A DNA stretch of 64,000 nucleotides from Bacteroidota bacterium (GCA_947492885.1 CANLPK010000004.1:771-64770); one strand, 5' to 3'; positions 28,951 to 39,728 are shown, numbered from the stretch's first letter. A program made the numbers and translations. The notes: generated from the sequence alone by a model not told the origin.

Positions 28951-29973
28951 TTATTGATAATCCACCAGGGCTTCAACATGATAGCCATTCTGATCCCAGT
29001 CGAGTACTGTTGGGTAATGGTTTCTGCGTAGATAATCATAATCTACATTCACCGAATTCAATACCTTATCATTGAGTCCTAACTCATCGAGCCATAATTT
29101 GAAAGTGAAATTATCGAAGGTATAAAAATGGTCGTTTACTTTATAACTACCAACATCTATATCACTCGGAAAATACCATGTAGCTGGATATTCTTTATAC
29201 AAATAAATTTTACTCAGTAAATTGCTGTTATTATTATAAAGCATTTCTACATACAATGGTGTTCCCTTGTCTTTGGATAAGGCCTGACTTCCACCATATA
29301 CCTTAAACCTTGTGAATACAATGCTTCCGGGCTCATTGGCAATACTTATATTTTGCGAATAGGTAGCTTGACGGGTTCCACATTTACTGCGAAGCAATAC
29401 AGTATAATTTCCACCACTGGTATAGGTATGAGTTGGGCTGGTTAACGAAGAGGTGGTACCATCGCCAAAATCCCATACAAACTCCCCCGCGAATGCCGAA
29501 TAATTATAGAAGGTGATAATTGATGGTGCTCTATAACTTCCTTTCTCTGCATAGTAACTAAAATTGGCGATGATTGGTTGTAAAGTATCGAGCTGAATTA
29601 CAATCTGACGAGTGCCTTCCTCAATGCCGTTGATGGCTTTCACCAACACTGTATAACTCCCACTAGCATTAAATACATGATAAGGATTTTGATCAGTAGA
29701 AGTAACCCCATCTCCGAAATTCCATTCATACTTTGTATCACATGATACATTGGTTACATTGGAACTGAAATACACACCATACGGTGGCTTGCAACTATTT
29801 GGATAATATCGTGCATAATCGATTATCGGTTTCACAAACTGGCAAGAGCCATCATCATTCTTTGCTCGATTATAATTCTTCGCGCATTTATTGGTACATC
29901 CATTTTTCTTACGGCAGGCACCAATGCCTAGCGTTAGGCTAATAGCAAAGAGCAACAAGAAGATTTTTTGCAT
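28951..29973 (-). CDS. lipoprotein with two PKD domains
   Basis: Lipobox LGIGAC. PKD motifs WNFGDGVTSTDQNPYHVF...YTV and WDFGDGTTSSLTSPTHTYTSGGNYTV. Confidence 0.75.
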   Translation of the reverse strand: MQKIFLLLFAISLTLGIGACRKKNGCTNKCAKNYNRAKNDDGSCQFVKPIIDYARYYPNSCKPPYGVYFSSNVTNVSCDTKYEWNFGDGVTSTDQNPYHVFNASGSYTVLVKAINGIEEGTRQIVIQLDTLQPIIANFSYYAEKGSYRAPSIITFYNYSAFAGEFVWDFGDGTTSSLTSPTHTYTSGGNYTVLLRSKCGTRQATYSQNISIANEPGSIVFTRFKVYGGSQALSKDKGTPLYVEMLYNNNSNLLSKIYLYKEYPATWYFPSDIDVGSYKVNDHFYTFDNFTFKLWLDELGLNDKVLNSVNVDYDYLRRNHYPTVLDWDQNGYHVEALVDYQ

Positions 29974-30014
29974 AAAGTGGTTTTGTTTCTTACAAAAATA
30001 GCAGTTTTAGCAAA

Positions 30015-31391
30015 CTAACCAAACAGTTGTGAGAATAAGGCATCGAGCTTGCTCACCGTTTGAATTTCAATTTTAAATTTATTCAAACTCAGACCTTTGG
30101 TATTGTAGCGCGAAATGAAAATTTGTTCGAAGCCTAATTTCTCTGCTTCGGCAATACGTTGTTCAATGCGATTCACACTGCGTATCTCACCACTCAATCC
30201 TACTTCGCCAGCAAAACAAATTTTACTGTCAATTACCATCTCTTGATTCGATGATACCAAGGCTGCTACCACACTCAAATCTACTGCTGGATCTTCAATT
30301 CGTAATCCACCTGCAATATTTAAAAACACGTCTTGGGTGCCAAAACGGAATCCACATTTTTTCTCGAGCACTGCCAGTAACATACTCATGCGTCGTAAAT
30401 CGAAACCGGTGGCGGTACGTTGAGGCATACCATAGGCAGTAACACTTACCAAAGCTTGTATCTCAATGAGCATAGGCCTTAAGCCTTCGAGTGCGGCACT
30501 AATGGCAACACCCGTTACCGGTTCATCACGCTGCGAAATAAGAATTTCTGAGGGGTTATTTACTTGTCGTAATCCCGTTCCTTGCATCTCATAAATTCCG
30601 AGTTCGGCCGTCGATCCAAATCGATTTTTTATCGTACGTAAAATACGATAGCTATAGTGGCGGTCGCCCTCAAATTGAAGCACCGTATCCACCATATGCT
30701 CCAACAATTTCGGACCCGCGATACTTCCATCTTTGGTAATATGCCCAATTAAAAAAACGGGGGTATTGCTCTCTTTTGCAAAGCGCAATAACTCTCCTGC
30801 ACATTCTCTAATTTGTGTTATGCTACCTGCTGTACTATCAATATTTTCACTGAAGAGGGTTTGAATGGAATCCACAATCACCACTTCGGGCTTCAGTTGT
30901 TTCAACTGTTGCGAAATGATTTTGGTATTCGTTTCGGTGAGGATATAACATTGATCGGGAATAGTACCAATGCGGTCGGCACGCATTTTTATTTGAGCTT
31001 CACTCTCTTCACCACTAACATACAATACATTTTGACTTTTAAGAGATAAGGCTATTTGCAACATCAGTGTTGATTTTCCAATGCCAGGTTCGCCTCCAAT
31101 GAGCACCACACTTCCTGCAACGATGCCACCACCCAATACGCGATTGAGCTCAGCATCATTCGTTACTAGGCGTTGCTCATTACCCGCTTCAACTTCACTC
31201 AATGGGCGAACTTTGGGAATGGCTTTTTTCCCATTCGCATCTTCCTTCCATTGGGTACGTTCGTTTTTTTCTTTCACAACAACTTCTTCAACGAGGGTAT
31301 TCCACTCGCCACAACTATTGCATTTACCCATCCACTTAGGAGATGAATAGCCACAGTTCTTACAAAAGAAAACGATTTGTTGTTTTGCCAT
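30015..31391 (-). CDS. radA: DNA repair protein RadA
   Basis: Zn finger CKNCGYSSPKWMGKCNSCGEWNT, Walker A GGEPGIGKST, KNRFG, and a Lon-like C-terminal domain. Confidence 0.93.
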   Translation of the reverse strand: MAKQQIVFFCKNCGYSSPKWMGKCNSCGEWNTLVEEVVVKEKNERTQWKEDANGKKAIPKVRPLSEVEAGNEQRLVTNDAELNRVLGGGIVAGSVVLIGGEPGIGKSTLMLQIALSLKSQNVLYVSGEESEAQIKMRADRIGTIPDQCYILTETNTKIISQQLKQLKPEVVIVDSIQTLFSENIDSTAGSITQIRECAGELLRFAKESNTPVFLIGHITKDGSIAGPKLLEHMVDTVLQFEGDRHYSYRILRTIKNRFGSTAELGIYEMQGTGLRQVNNPSEILISQRDEPVTGVAISAALEGLRPMLIEIQALVSVTAYGMPQRTATGFDLRRMSMLLAVLEKKCGFRFGTQDVFLNIAGGLRIEDPAVDLSVVAALVSSNQEMVIDSKICFAGEVGLSGEIRSVNRIEQRIAEAEKLGFEQIFISRYNTKGLSLNKFKIEIQTVSKLDALFSQLFG

Positions 31392-31492
31392 GAATATTGA
31401 TGGACAGGTCCAGTTTTAAATTTTTATTATCAATAACAAAAAGGTCATTACCCAAAAAGAATTGGCGTCGAAAGTGATTATCGTAAGTAATA

Positions 31493-31518
31493 ATTCGCTA
31501 ATGAAAACATCAGCGAAT
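31493..31518 (-). terminator. possible terminator hairpin after accD
   Basis: A 7-bp stem attcgct/agcgaat with a 12-nt loop, just downstream of the accD stop. The U-tract is weak. Confidence 0.3.
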
Positions 31519-31522
31519 GAAC

Positions 31523-32413
31523 TTACGCATCAATCATATTTCCTTCCTGACGTTGTATTTTATTGTCTTTCCACAAATCGGCCAATAATACCAATTGTTT
31601 CTTAAGGTTTTTTCTATGAACAATAAAATCGAGGAAACCATGCTCTACCAGGAACTCACTACTTTGAAAACCTTTTGGCAAATCCTTACCAATGGTTTCA
31701 CGAATTACACGAGGACCTGCAAATCCAATGAGGGCTTCAGGTTCGGCAATATTAAAATCGCCCAGCATCGCAAAAGAAGCGGTTACACCTCCAGTAGTTG
31801 GGTCGGTAAGTAAAGAGATATAAGGAATTTTATCTTGAGATAGCAAAGCCAGTTTCGCGCTGGTTTTTGCCATTTGCATTAAGGAGAATGCCGCTTCCAT
31901 CATACGTGCACCACCCGATTTTGAGATCATAAGAAAAGGCATTTTGTGTTCGCGGCAATAGTCGATACTGCGCGCTATCTTCTCGCCCACCACACTACCC
32001 ATACTTCCACCGATGAATCCGAAATCCATACAGGTAATCACAAAATCGTGCTGATCAATTTTACCCACGGCACTGCGGGCAGCATCTTTTAAGCCCGTTT
32101 TCATAATGGTTTCTTCTATCCTTTTGGTGTATGGCTTACTATCCACAAATTCCAATGGATCACCACTAATGAGGTTCTCAAATAATTCTTTGTATTCGCC
32201 TCCATCAAAAAGGATATCGAAATATTCCTCACTGCCAATTCGGGTATGATATTCGCAATGCGGACATACGTATAAATTTTGTTCTAAATCGGTTTGTAAT
32301 GTTACTTTCTTACACCGAACGCACTTGTACCAGAGTCCATCAGGAGTCTGTTTCTTTTCCTTTGTGGAAGTACGGATATTTTCTGTAAGTCGTTTGTACC
32401 AAGGTTCACCCAT
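31523..32413 (-). CDS. accD: acetyl-CoA carboxylase carboxyltransferase beta subunit
   Basis: Zn finger CVRCKK...CPHCEYH plus a carboxyltransferase domain. Start chosen at MGEPWYKR. Confidence 0.9.
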   Translation of the reverse strand: MGEPWYKRLTENIRTSTKEKKQTPDGLWYKCVRCKKVTLQTDLEQNLYVCPHCEYHTRIGSEEYFDILFDGGEYKELFENLISGDPLEFVDSKPYTKRIEETIMKTGLKDAARSAVGKIDQHDFVITCMDFGFIGGSMGSVVGEKIARSIDYCREHKMPFLMISKSGGARMMEAAFSLMQMAKTSAKLALLSQDKIPYISLLTDPTTGGVTASFAMLGDFNIAEPEALIGFAGPRVIRETIGKDLPKGFQSSEFLVEHGFLDFIVHRKNLKKQLVLLADLWKDNKIQRQEGNMIDA

Positions 32414-32459
32414 AACCGCAAAAGTAAAGTTTTTTTGCAGTTCAAAAAGCACATTTTTT

Positions 32460-34241
32460 TTAGTTCAAAGAAGGGGTCATTTCCGATACCGGAGTGCGGT
32501 GTTTACGTTCCCCAATTTGTTGCCTCCACATGGCATAATACAAGCCCTTTTCGGCCAGCAATTCTTCATGGCGGCCCGACTCAATGATGCGTCCCTGCTC
32601 TAATACAAAGATACGGTCGGCATGCATGATGGTACTCAAACGGTGCGCAATTAAGATGGTAATAATGTCCTTATTGGCATTAATTTCCTTGATAGTATCG
32701 GTAATTTCTTCCTCAGTAATTGAATCGAGTGATGAAGTAGCCTCGTCAAAAACCAGCAAATTGGGGCGACGAAGCAAGGAGCGGGCAATGCTTAATCGTT
32801 GTTTTTCACCCCCACTCACTTTCACGCCGCCTTCACCAATAACGGTATCGATGCCTTTATCGGCACGGGCCAATAACTTATCACAGCTCGCTTTCTTCAA
32901 TACATCGCTGATGTCGGCATCGGTAGCTTTAGGTGCTACAAACAATAAATTTTCTTTGATGGTTCCCGAAAATAATTGAGTGTCCTGGGTTACAAAACCA
33001 ATTTGTTCGCGTAACTCGTTTTTATCAATTTCCATACCATCAATTCCATCATAAAGTACTTTACCTGTGATGGGGTGATACAAGCCTACCAAGAGCTTCA
33101 CCAAAGTAGTTTTTCCACTGCCACTCGGGCCAACAAAGGCAATAGTTTCGCCCTTATTAATTTTGAAACTGATATTCTCCAAAGCTGGATGCTTCGCACT
33201 TTGGTGCTGGAAACTTACATTCTCAAATTCGAAACTCACCAACTTGTTTAATACCTTAGGTTTCTCAGGTTTAAATTCAATGGGGGTATCAAATATTTTT
33301 TGAAGGTTATTGAATGAAACTTCTGCTTCGCGGTGTATTAAAATGATATTACCTAGTTCTTGTAATGGATTAAAGATAAAGAATGAGAAGAACAAGAATG
33401 AGAAATAATCGCCTTGTGTGATACGTGTTTGATAAACCAAAAACAAAAGCAATACTACCATACAACTGCGGGTAAACTGAATGATGGTACCTTGCACGAA
33501 ACTCAAACTACGAATGTATTTCACCTTCTTGAGTTCGAGACCTAAAATTTTGTAAGTAGTATCGTTTAATCGCTTAATTTCTTGGTTGGCCAATCCCAAA
33601 CTCTTTACTAATTCTATATTACGCAAACTCTCGGTAGTACTACCAGCCAAAGCTGTTGTTTCTTTCACAATCGTTTTTTGCATTCCCTTGATTTTGCGAC
33701 TTAGGTATTGGCTCAAAAATCCAACGATGACCACGCCACCAAAATAAATCAAGGCGATATGCCAATCGCGTTGAATCGCATACCAAAACACAAAGATGAT
33801 ACCTACTAAACTAGTAAATAACACCCCTACCAAAGCACCGATAAATTTTTCGCTATCGGTACGCGCCTTTTGTAAAACTGATAATGTTTCTCCACTACGT
33901 TGGTCCTCAAATACCTGATAAGGCAATTCGAGTGAGTGCTTCAAGCCATCGGCATATACATCGGCACCCAGTTTTTGAATCACCACATTCATAAAATAAT
34001 CCTGAATGTTTTTGGCAATACGTGAAACCATGGCTACGCCTACACTGCAGGATACCAAAAATATTATGGTGTGCCAAAATTGATCACTGCTCAAAGTATG
34101 TATTGGAACAATTACCTGATCAACGAGCTTCCCAATGATGATGGGGTCAATCATGGTAAAAACCTGACTGATAGTTGCTAATAATAATGTAATAAATACA
34201 GTGGATTTATATCTTTTTAAGTACTGAAATAATAACTTCAT
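32460..34241 (-). CDS. ABC exporter, fused permease/ATPase (MsbA/ABCB type)
   Basis: Six TM helices, then Walker [10 protein letters not shown], signature VSGGEKQR and Walker [13 protein letters not shown]. Start at [11 protein letters not shown]. Confidence 0.88.
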   Translation of the reverse strand: MKLLFQYLKRYKSTVFITLLLATISQVFTMIDPIIIGKLVDQVIVPIHTLSSDQFWHTIIFLVSCSVGVAMVSRIAKNIQDYFMNVVIQKLGADVYADGLKHSLELPYQVFEDQRSGETLSVLQKARTDSEKFIGALVGVLFTSLVGIIFVFWYAIQRDWHIALIYFGGVVIVGFLSQYLSRKIKGMQKTIVKETTALAGSTTESLRNIELVKSLGLANQEIKRLNDTTYKILGLELKKVKYIRSLSFVQGTIIQFTRSCMVVLLLFLVYQTRITQGDYFSFLFFSFFIFNPLQELGNIILIHREAEVSFNNLQKIFDTPIEFKPEKPKVLNKLVSFEFENVSFQHQSAKHPALENISFKINKGETIAFVGPSGSGKTTLVKLLVGLYHPITGKVLYDGIDGMEIDKNELREQIGFVTQDTQLFSGTIKENLLFVAPKATDADISDVLKKASCDKLLARADKGIDTVIGEGGVKVSGGEKQRLSIARSLLRRPNLLVFDEATSSLDSITEEEITDTIKEINANKDIITILIAHRLSTIMHADRIFVLEQGRIIESGRHEELLAEKGLYYAMWRQQIGERKHRTPVSEMTPSLN

Positions 34242-34330
34242 TTGAATAATTCTAAATAAGGGCACAAAGGTAGTAGAATATTCGAAAAAATTAAGTTCCA
34301 AAAAATTTTTTTTTAGGTGCGACTAAATTA

Positions 34331-34338
34331 TATTTTTG
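34331..34338 (+). promoter_or_regulatory. -7 box TATTTTTG upstream of the DtxR/MntR gene
   Basis: Exact TAnnTTTG 24 nt before the ATG at 34363. Confidence 0.45.
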
Positions 34339-34362
34339 CACAATCGAAATTATTCATACCGT

Positions 34363-35025
34363 ATGTCAAACTTGAGCATTTCTGAAGAAAATTACCTGAA
34401 GGCCATCTTCCATTTATACAAGCCTGGAGAAGGTATTGGCACCAATGCTATTGCCCGACATTTGGATACCAAACCCGCATCGGTAACCGAAATGCTGAAG
34501 AAACTGGCCGATAAAAAATTGCTCACCTACGAAAAATACCAGGGGGTAATTCCAACCCGAAAAGGATTTACTTTGGCATTGGTGGTAATTCGAAAACACC
34601 GTTTGTGGGAATACTTTTTAGTAGAGAAACTCAAACTAAAATGGGATGAAGTACACGAAATCGCGGAACAATTAGAACATATTCAATCGGACTTACTGGT
34701 GGAACAACTCGATGCCTTTCTTGGGTTTCCAAAGCTCGATCCGCATGGGGATCCCATTCCAGACAAAGAAGGGAAAATGTGTGCAATGAATTGCTGTTGC
34801 GTGAGTGAAATAAAACCCAATTCAAATGCTAGAATATTCGGAGTTAAAAATCACACCTCGGCATTTTTAAAACATTTGGAAAAGCTCAATCTCACCATTG
34901 GCAAGACTTTCACGCTGGTGAACAGAAACGATTTTGATCAATCGGTAGAATTGGTTCTTAACAAACAAACGATGCATATCAGTAAAGAAGTGGCAGAAAA
35001 TATTTTGGTAGAAAAATTAAAGTAA
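34363..35025 (+). CDS. DtxR/MntR-family metal-dependent transcriptional regulator
   Basis: SEENYLKAIFHL winged helix, a metal/dimerisation domain (HRLWEYFL...HEIAEQLEH) and a FeoA/SH3-like C-terminus. Confidence 0.85.
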   Translation: MSNLSISEENYLKAIFHLYKPGEGIGTNAIARHLDTKPASVTEMLKKLADKKLLTYEKYQGVIPTRKGFTLALVVIRKHRLWEYFLVEKLKLKWDEVHEIAEQLEHIQSDLLVEQLDAFLGFPKLDPHGDPIPDKEGKMCAMNCCCVSEIKPNSNARIFGVKNHTSAFLKHLEKLNLTIGKTFTLVNRNDFDQSVELVLNKQTMHISKEVAENILVEKLK

Positions 35026-35035
35026 AGATTCAACC

Positions 35036-36904
35036 ATGTCAAATTCAAGCTTAAGCGAAGTCAATCAAACCGTAGCCACCAACAATTCGAATATCTGGTG
35101 GAAGCGTTTGTTTGCCTTTATTGGTCCTGCCTACTTAGTAAGTGTAGGCTATATGGATCCGGGCAATTGGGCAACAGATATTGCAGCCGGAAGCAAATTT
35201 GGGTATTCCCTCATTTGGGTTTTGCTCATGAGCAACTTAATGGCAATTTTATTACAGTCGTTGAGCGCCCGACTGGGACTCATTCGTGGGGTAGATTTGG
35301 CCCAGGCTTCCAGAGAAAGTTTCCCAAGATTCATCAATGTCCCATTGTATTTATTGGCAGAGATTGCCATTGCCGCCTGCGACCTGGCCGAAGTAATAGG
35401 AATGGCCATCGGTTTAAATTTACTCTTTGGCTTGCCTTTAATTTGGGGAATCGCAATCACAGTGCTTGATACGTTTCTGCTTTTATTTTTATTGAATAAA
35501 GGAATTCGCAAACTTGAAGCATTTATTTTTTCGCTCGTATTCATTATTGCTGTTTCCTTCTTCTTAGAAATACTCATTGTCAAGCCCGTAGTTTCCGAAA
35601 TCCTTGGTGGTTTTACTCCGAGCATGATTGGAGGTGATGCCTTATATATAGCCATTGGAATTATTGGTGCTACGGTGATGCCACATAATTTATATCTGCA
35701 TTCTTCCTTGGTTCAAACACGTATTGTACAGCGCAATGAAAAGCACTTATGGCAAGCACTAAAATATAATTTGATCGATTCTACAATTGCTTTAAACCTG
35801 GCTTTCTTTGTTAATGCATCCATATTGATTGTTGCCTCTGCAGCATTCTTTAAAGCAGGTTATAATAATGTGGCTGAGATTCAAGATGCTCATCAATTAT
35901 TGCGTCATATTTTCGGGAAGGCCGCTCCAGCACTGTTCGCCATTGCCTTGATCGCTGCCGGACAAAGCAGCACGGTTACTGGCACATTAGCAGGTCAGAT
36001 CATCATGGAAGGGTATCTTAATTTACGTATTCGACCCTGGTTGCGCCGAATTATCACCCGATTATTAGCCATCATACCCGCAGTTTTTTGTGTACTTTAT
36101 TTTGGAGAAAATAGTCTGGGGCGTTTACTCATATTAAGTCAGGTAGTGCTTAGCATTCAACTTGGGTTTGCGGTAGTTCCACTTATTCACTTTGTGAGCG
36201 ATCGAAAGCGAATGGGTGATTTCACTATCAAGCTTTGGATGAAAATATTATCGTGGGTAGTTGCTATTATTATTCTAACTTTAAACATTAAACTCGTCGT
36301 TGAGCAAGTAATGGATTGGTTAGAAATTTCGGGCGATAATGCTATCTATATTTATTGGATTGTAATTCCAGTAATGGTGCTCTGTGCCTTGCTATTGCTG
36401 TATATCGTATTTGTACCCTTGGTGAAGAGTTCGCTCGAAAAAGAAACACGTACCCCACATGATACCTTTAAAGAACTCGATTTTACTTCACTTGTTCAAT
36501 ATCAAAAAATTGCCGTGACCATCGATTTTGGAAAGATGGACCAAAAAACAATTAATGGTGCGATGAAGCAAGGTGGCACGCAAGCACAATATTATTTGAT
36601 ACATGTGGTGGAGAGTGCCAATGCCCGTATTTATGGAAAAGATGCGGATGACTTTGAAACGCAAGCCGATATTAAATACCTCGAGCGTTACGCCTCTGAA
36701 TTAAATGCGCAAGGATTTAAAACTGAAACCCGTATTGGTTTTGGTAACCCTCGCGAAACCATTGCCAATATTGTGAATGAGCTCGAAGCAGACCTCCTAG
36801 TGATGGGAGCACATGGGCACTCAGGCCTTTACGATTTAATTCTGGGTGATACCGTTGATAAAGTGCGTCACTCGGTGAAGGTTCCAGTTTTCATTGTTAA
36901 GTAA
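35036..36904 (+). CDS. mntH: Nramp-family divalent metal transporter fused to a C-terminal universal stress protein (USP) domain
   Basis: GYMDPGNWATDI and MPHNLYLHS Nramp motifs. The last ~140 aa (IAVTIDF...LLVMGAHGHSGLYDLILGDTVDKVRH) form a USP domain. Confidence 0.85.
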   Translation: MSNSSLSEVNQTVATNNSNIWWKRLFAFIGPAYLVSVGYMDPGNWATDIAAGSKFGYSLIWVLLMSNLMAILLQSLSARLGLIRGVDLAQASRESFPRFINVPLYLLAEIAIAACDLAEVIGMAIGLNLLFGLPLIWGIAITVLDTFLLLFLLNKGIRKLEAFIFSLVFIIAVSFFLEILIVKPVVSEILGGFTPSMIGGDALYIAIGIIGATVMPHNLYLHSSLVQTRIVQRNEKHLWQALKYNLIDSTIALNLAFFVNASILIVASAAFFKAGYNNVAEIQDAHQLLRHIFGKAAPALFAIALIAAGQSSTVTGTLAGQIIMEGYLNLRIRPWLRRIITRLLAIIPAVFCVLYFGENSLGRLLILSQVVLSIQLGFAVVPLIHFVSDRKRMGDFTIKLWMKILSWVVAIIILTLNIKLVVEQVMDWLEISGDNAIYIYWIVIPVMVLCALLLLYIVFVPLVKSSLEKETRTPHDTFKELDFTSLVQYQKIAVTIDFGKMDQKTINGAMKQGGTQAQYYLIHVVESANARIYGKDADDFETQADIKYLERYASELNAQGFKTETRIGFGNPRETIANIVNELEADLLVMGAHGHSGLYDLILGDTVDKVRHSVKVPVFIVK

Positions 36905-36906
36905 TC

Positions 36907-37446
36907 ATGATCTACGAAAAGAAAAATAAAATCTATCTCATCGGATTCATGGGCAGTGGAAAATCAACCCTTGGGAAAAAATTAGCGCGCCTACTTCATT
37001 ACGACTTCTCCGATTTGGATCAATACATAGAATCTACGGCAGCGGCTTCGATTAGCAATATTTTTGATTTGCATGGTGAAGATTATTTCAGGAATTTAGA
37101 AAGCCAATGCTTGAATGATTTCAATAACGAAACCTATAAAGTGATTGCAACGGGTGGCGGTACACCGTGCTTTCACGATAATATGAATTTAATGTTATCT
37201 CATGGTTGCTGTGTTTACATACGAATGCCTGAAGGAGCATTATTAGAACGCTTACGAAAAGCCGCCCCAAAACGTCCCTTACTAGCTGGAAAAGAGGAGA
37301 CGGAATTGCGCACCTTTATTCATGATACTTTGAAAGCCCGCGAAGAAACTTATCTAAAAAGCCATATAGTCATTGATGGCGTTAGTTTGAGCATGCCCTC
37401 CTTGGCACAAATTCTCAAAAGCAAGATGCTGGAAAGACCCCATTAA
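36907..37446 (+). CDS. aroK: shikimate kinase
   Basis: IYLIGFMGSGKSTLGKKLA Walker A, ATGGG, 179 aa. Confidence 0.88.
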   Translation: MIYEKKNKIYLIGFMGSGKSTLGKKLARLLHYDFSDLDQYIESTAAASISNIFDLHGEDYFRNLESQCLNDFNNETYKVIATGGGTPCFHDNMNLMLSHGCCVYIRMPEGALLERLRKAAPKRPLLAGKEETELRTFIHDTLKAREETYLKSHIVIDGVSLSMPSLAQILKSKMLERPH

Positions 37447-37520
37447 TTAATACTTTGCACTGTTGTTTTAAATCAAAATGTATCTTAAGAAAAGGCATAA
37501 AACGACGAAAAGCGATAAAA

Positions 37521-37550
37521 TTGTCGATTATTTTCAATCTGTTATCTTTG
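37521..37550 (+). promoter_or_regulatory. Bacteroidota-type promoter (TTG-N19-TATCTTTG) for pgk
   Basis: TTG at 37521-37523 and an exact TAnnTTTG at 37543-37550, 27 nt before the ATG. Confidence 0.5.
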
Positions 37551-37577
37551 TCTCCCTAAAAAAAGATAACCCACCGC

Positions 37578-38768
37578 ATGAAAACCATTGATAACTTTAA
37601 TTTTGCCGGTAAGAAGGTACTCCTTCGCGTTGATTTCAATGTGCCTTTAAATAAGGATTTCAGTATTGGCGATGACGCACGTATTCAAGCCGCCATACCT
37701 ACCATTCAAAAAATCCGCAAAGACGGAGGTGCTGTAATTTTAATGAGCCATTTAGGTCGACCAAAAACAGGACCTGAAGAAAAATATTCTCTCAAACATA
37801 TTGTTAGCCATTTAAGCCAGGTGCTCGATTGCACCGTGAAATTTGCTGATGATTGTATTGGCGAACAAGCTGTAACCATGGCGGCAGGACTCGAAGCCCG
37901 TGATGTACTTCTTTTGGAAAACCTAAGATTTTACAAGGAAGAAGAAAAAGGAGATGCTGCCTTCGCAAAGAAACTCGCCGATTTGGGAAATTTCTATGTG
38001 AATGATGCTTTCGGAACAGCCCACCGTGCCCATGCGAGTACCGCCATCATCGCTCAATATTTCCCTGAAAATAAATGCTTTGGTTATGTCATGGCCAAAG
38101 AAATTGCTAATGCAGAAAAGGCGATGCATAATTTCGAACGCCCTTTCACTGCCATCATGGGAGGAGCAAAGGTGAGCGACAAATTGCTCATCATTGAAAG
38201 CTTAATGGATAAGGTAGATAATATGCTGATTGGAGGAGGAATGGCCTATACTTTCTTTAAGGCCATGGGTGGGAAAGTAGGAAAATCGCTGGTTGAGGAA
38301 GATCGTATTGAATTATGCAAGGAGATACTTCAAAAAGCGAAAGATAAAAATATACAGTTCTTATTACCATTCGATAGCATCACAGCCAATGCATTTAGTA
38401 ATGATGCTGTTTTGGGTGAAGCCGATAACATGAATATTCCGGAAGACATGATGGGATTGGATATTGGCGCCATGGCTCGCAAAAGCTTTTATGATGTTAT
38501 TGTTAAATCTAAAACTGTATTATGGAATGGCCCTATGGGTGTTTTTGAAATGAGTAATTTCGAGAATGGAACCAAAGCAGTGGCTGTAGCTGTAGTTGAA
38601 GCCACCGAAAAGGGGGCTTTCACCTTAATTGGAGGTGGTGATTCGGCAGCAGCGGTAGCCAAATTCGGTTTTGAAGAAAAAGTGAGCTATGTGAGCACTG
38701 GAGGTGGTGCGTTGCTCGAATATTTCGAAGGCAAAGAATTGCCAGGTATCGCCGCAGTGAATGCCTAA
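37578..38768 (+). CDS. pgk: phosphoglycerate kinase
   Basis: 396 aa. LLRVDFNVP, NDAFGTAHRAHAS and GGGDSAAAV are present. Confidence 0.95.
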   Translation: MKTIDNFNFAGKKVLLRVDFNVPLNKDFSIGDDARIQAAIPTIQKIRKDGGAVILMSHLGRPKTGPEEKYSLKHIVSHLSQVLDCTVKFADDCIGEQAVTMAAGLEARDVLLLENLRFYKEEEKGDAAFAKKLADLGNFYVNDAFGTAHRAHASTAIIAQYFPENKCFGYVMAKEIANAEKAMHNFERPFTAIMGGAKVSDKLLIIESLMDKVDNMLIGGGMAYTFFKAMGGKVGKSLVEEDRIELCKEILQKAKDKNIQFLLPFDSITANAFSNDAVLGEADNMNIPEDMMGLDIGAMARKSFYDVIVKSKTVLWNGPMGVFEMSNFENGTKAVAVAVVEATEKGAFTLIGGGDSAAAVAKFGFEEKVSYVSTGGGALLEYFEGKELPGIAAVNA

Positions 38769-38773
38769 ATTTC

Positions 38774-38800
38774 AAAACCTTATTTTGAAAGGTTTTATTT
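38774..38800 (+). terminator. rho-independent terminator after pgk
   Basis: Perfect 8-bp stem aaaacctt/aaggtttt with a 7-nt loop, followed by a T-rich stretch. Confidence 0.6.
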
Positions 38801-38833
38801 AATCCTTCCTTTTGTTATTATTCTCAAAAACAG

Positions 38834-38865
38834 TTTGGGTATTTAACAAATTACGGATATGTTTG
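38834..38865 (+). promoter_or_regulatory. Bacteroidota-type promoter (TTTG-N20-TATGTTTG)
   Basis: TTTG at 38834-38837 and an exact TAnnTTTG at 38858-38865, 29 nt before the ATG at 38895. Confidence 0.5.
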
Positions 38866-38894
38866 TAGTGTTTAAAAAAATTAATTTTTCAATC

Positions 38895-39728
38895 ATGAAG
38901 AAATTATCTTTAGTCATTGCCTTTCTTATTGCCCTTGGTAATATCACCTTCGCACAGAAAAGCAAAAAAGGTGCAGGTCCGGAAATAGATGTTCCAACTC
39001 CTGTTCTCAAAACTTTCAACACCAAATATAAGTTGGCCACTAAAACCAAGTGGGCTCAAGAAGAGGACAACTATCGTGTAGATTTCAAATACAACGATCT
39101 AAACATGGCTGCTGCATATAGCGGTGATGGTAAGTTGCTTTATACTGAAAAGGAAATGGCCAAAGCGCAATACAACAAAACTGCGTTGAAATACATCTCT
39201 GAAAATTATGCTGGATATAAAATTTCTTATATGCGCAAGCGAGATACTTACGATAAGAAAACAACTTATATTGCCATGCTAAAGAAAACTAAGGAAATGC
39301 TTGAAGTAGAATTCGATAAAAAAGGCGGATTCATTCGTGATGCTGATAAAACTCCTGTAACTGCTAGCAAGAAGAAAGCGAAGAAAGAAGAGGATGAGGA
39401 AACCTCTACTGACGAGGATACACCAGCTAAGAAGGACACCAAAGCTAAAAAATCTAAGGATAGCGAAGACAATGAAGATGAGGAAGAAGCAACCCCTCCT
39501 CCTGCAAAGAAAGAAACCAAAGCAGCTCCTAAGAAAAGCAACGATGATGATGATGAAGAAGCGACCCCGCCTCCTGCTAAGAAAGAAACCAAAGCAGCTC
39601 CTAAAAAATCGACCAGCAAAGATGATGAGGACGAGGAAGAAGCAACACCTGCTCCTAAGAAAGAAAAAGCCAAACCAGCTCCAAAACCTAAAAAGAAAAC
39701 CAGCGACGACGACGAGGATGATGAATAA
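38895..39728 (+). CDS. secreted PepSY-like (DUF2874-like) protein with long charged repeat tail
   Basis: Signal peptide MKKLSLVIAFLIALGNITFAQ. The N-terminal ~140 aa resemble PepSY-like beta-lactamase-inhibitor-like domains, and the C-terminal half is K/E/D/P-rich repeats. Confidence 0.55.
   Translation: MKKLSLVIAFLIALGNITFAQKSKKGAGPEIDVPTPVLKTFNTKYKLATKTKWAQEEDNYRVDFKYNDLNMAAAYSGDGKLLYTEKEMAKAQYNKTALKYISENYAGYKISYMRKRDTYDKKTTYIAMLKKTKEMLEVEFDKKGGFIRDADKTPVTASKKKAKKEEDEETSTDEDTPAKKDTKAKKSKDSEDNEDEEEATPPPAKKETKAAPKKSNDDDDEEATPPPAKKETKAAPKKSTSKDDEDEEEATPAPKKEKAKPAPKPKKKTSDDDEDDE
39483..39695 (+). repeat. imperfect in-frame tandem repeat (units starting 39483, 39555, 39636)
   Basis: gaagaagc[a/g]ac[c/a]cc...aagaaagaaaccaaagcagctcct recurs, encoding EEATPPPAKKETKAAPKKS twice plus a degenerate third copy. 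Confidence 0.8.

Noticed and set aside
35149-35655. 168-aa ORF antisense to the Nramp gene. Similar long antisense ORFs occur at 22019-22492, 27631-28065, 63129-63629, 3730-4116 and 32584-32979.
   Set aside because: Each lies entirely inside a well-supported gene on the opposite strand. Each has low-complexity or Cys/Ser/Arg-rich composition typical of shadow frames and no recognisable motif.
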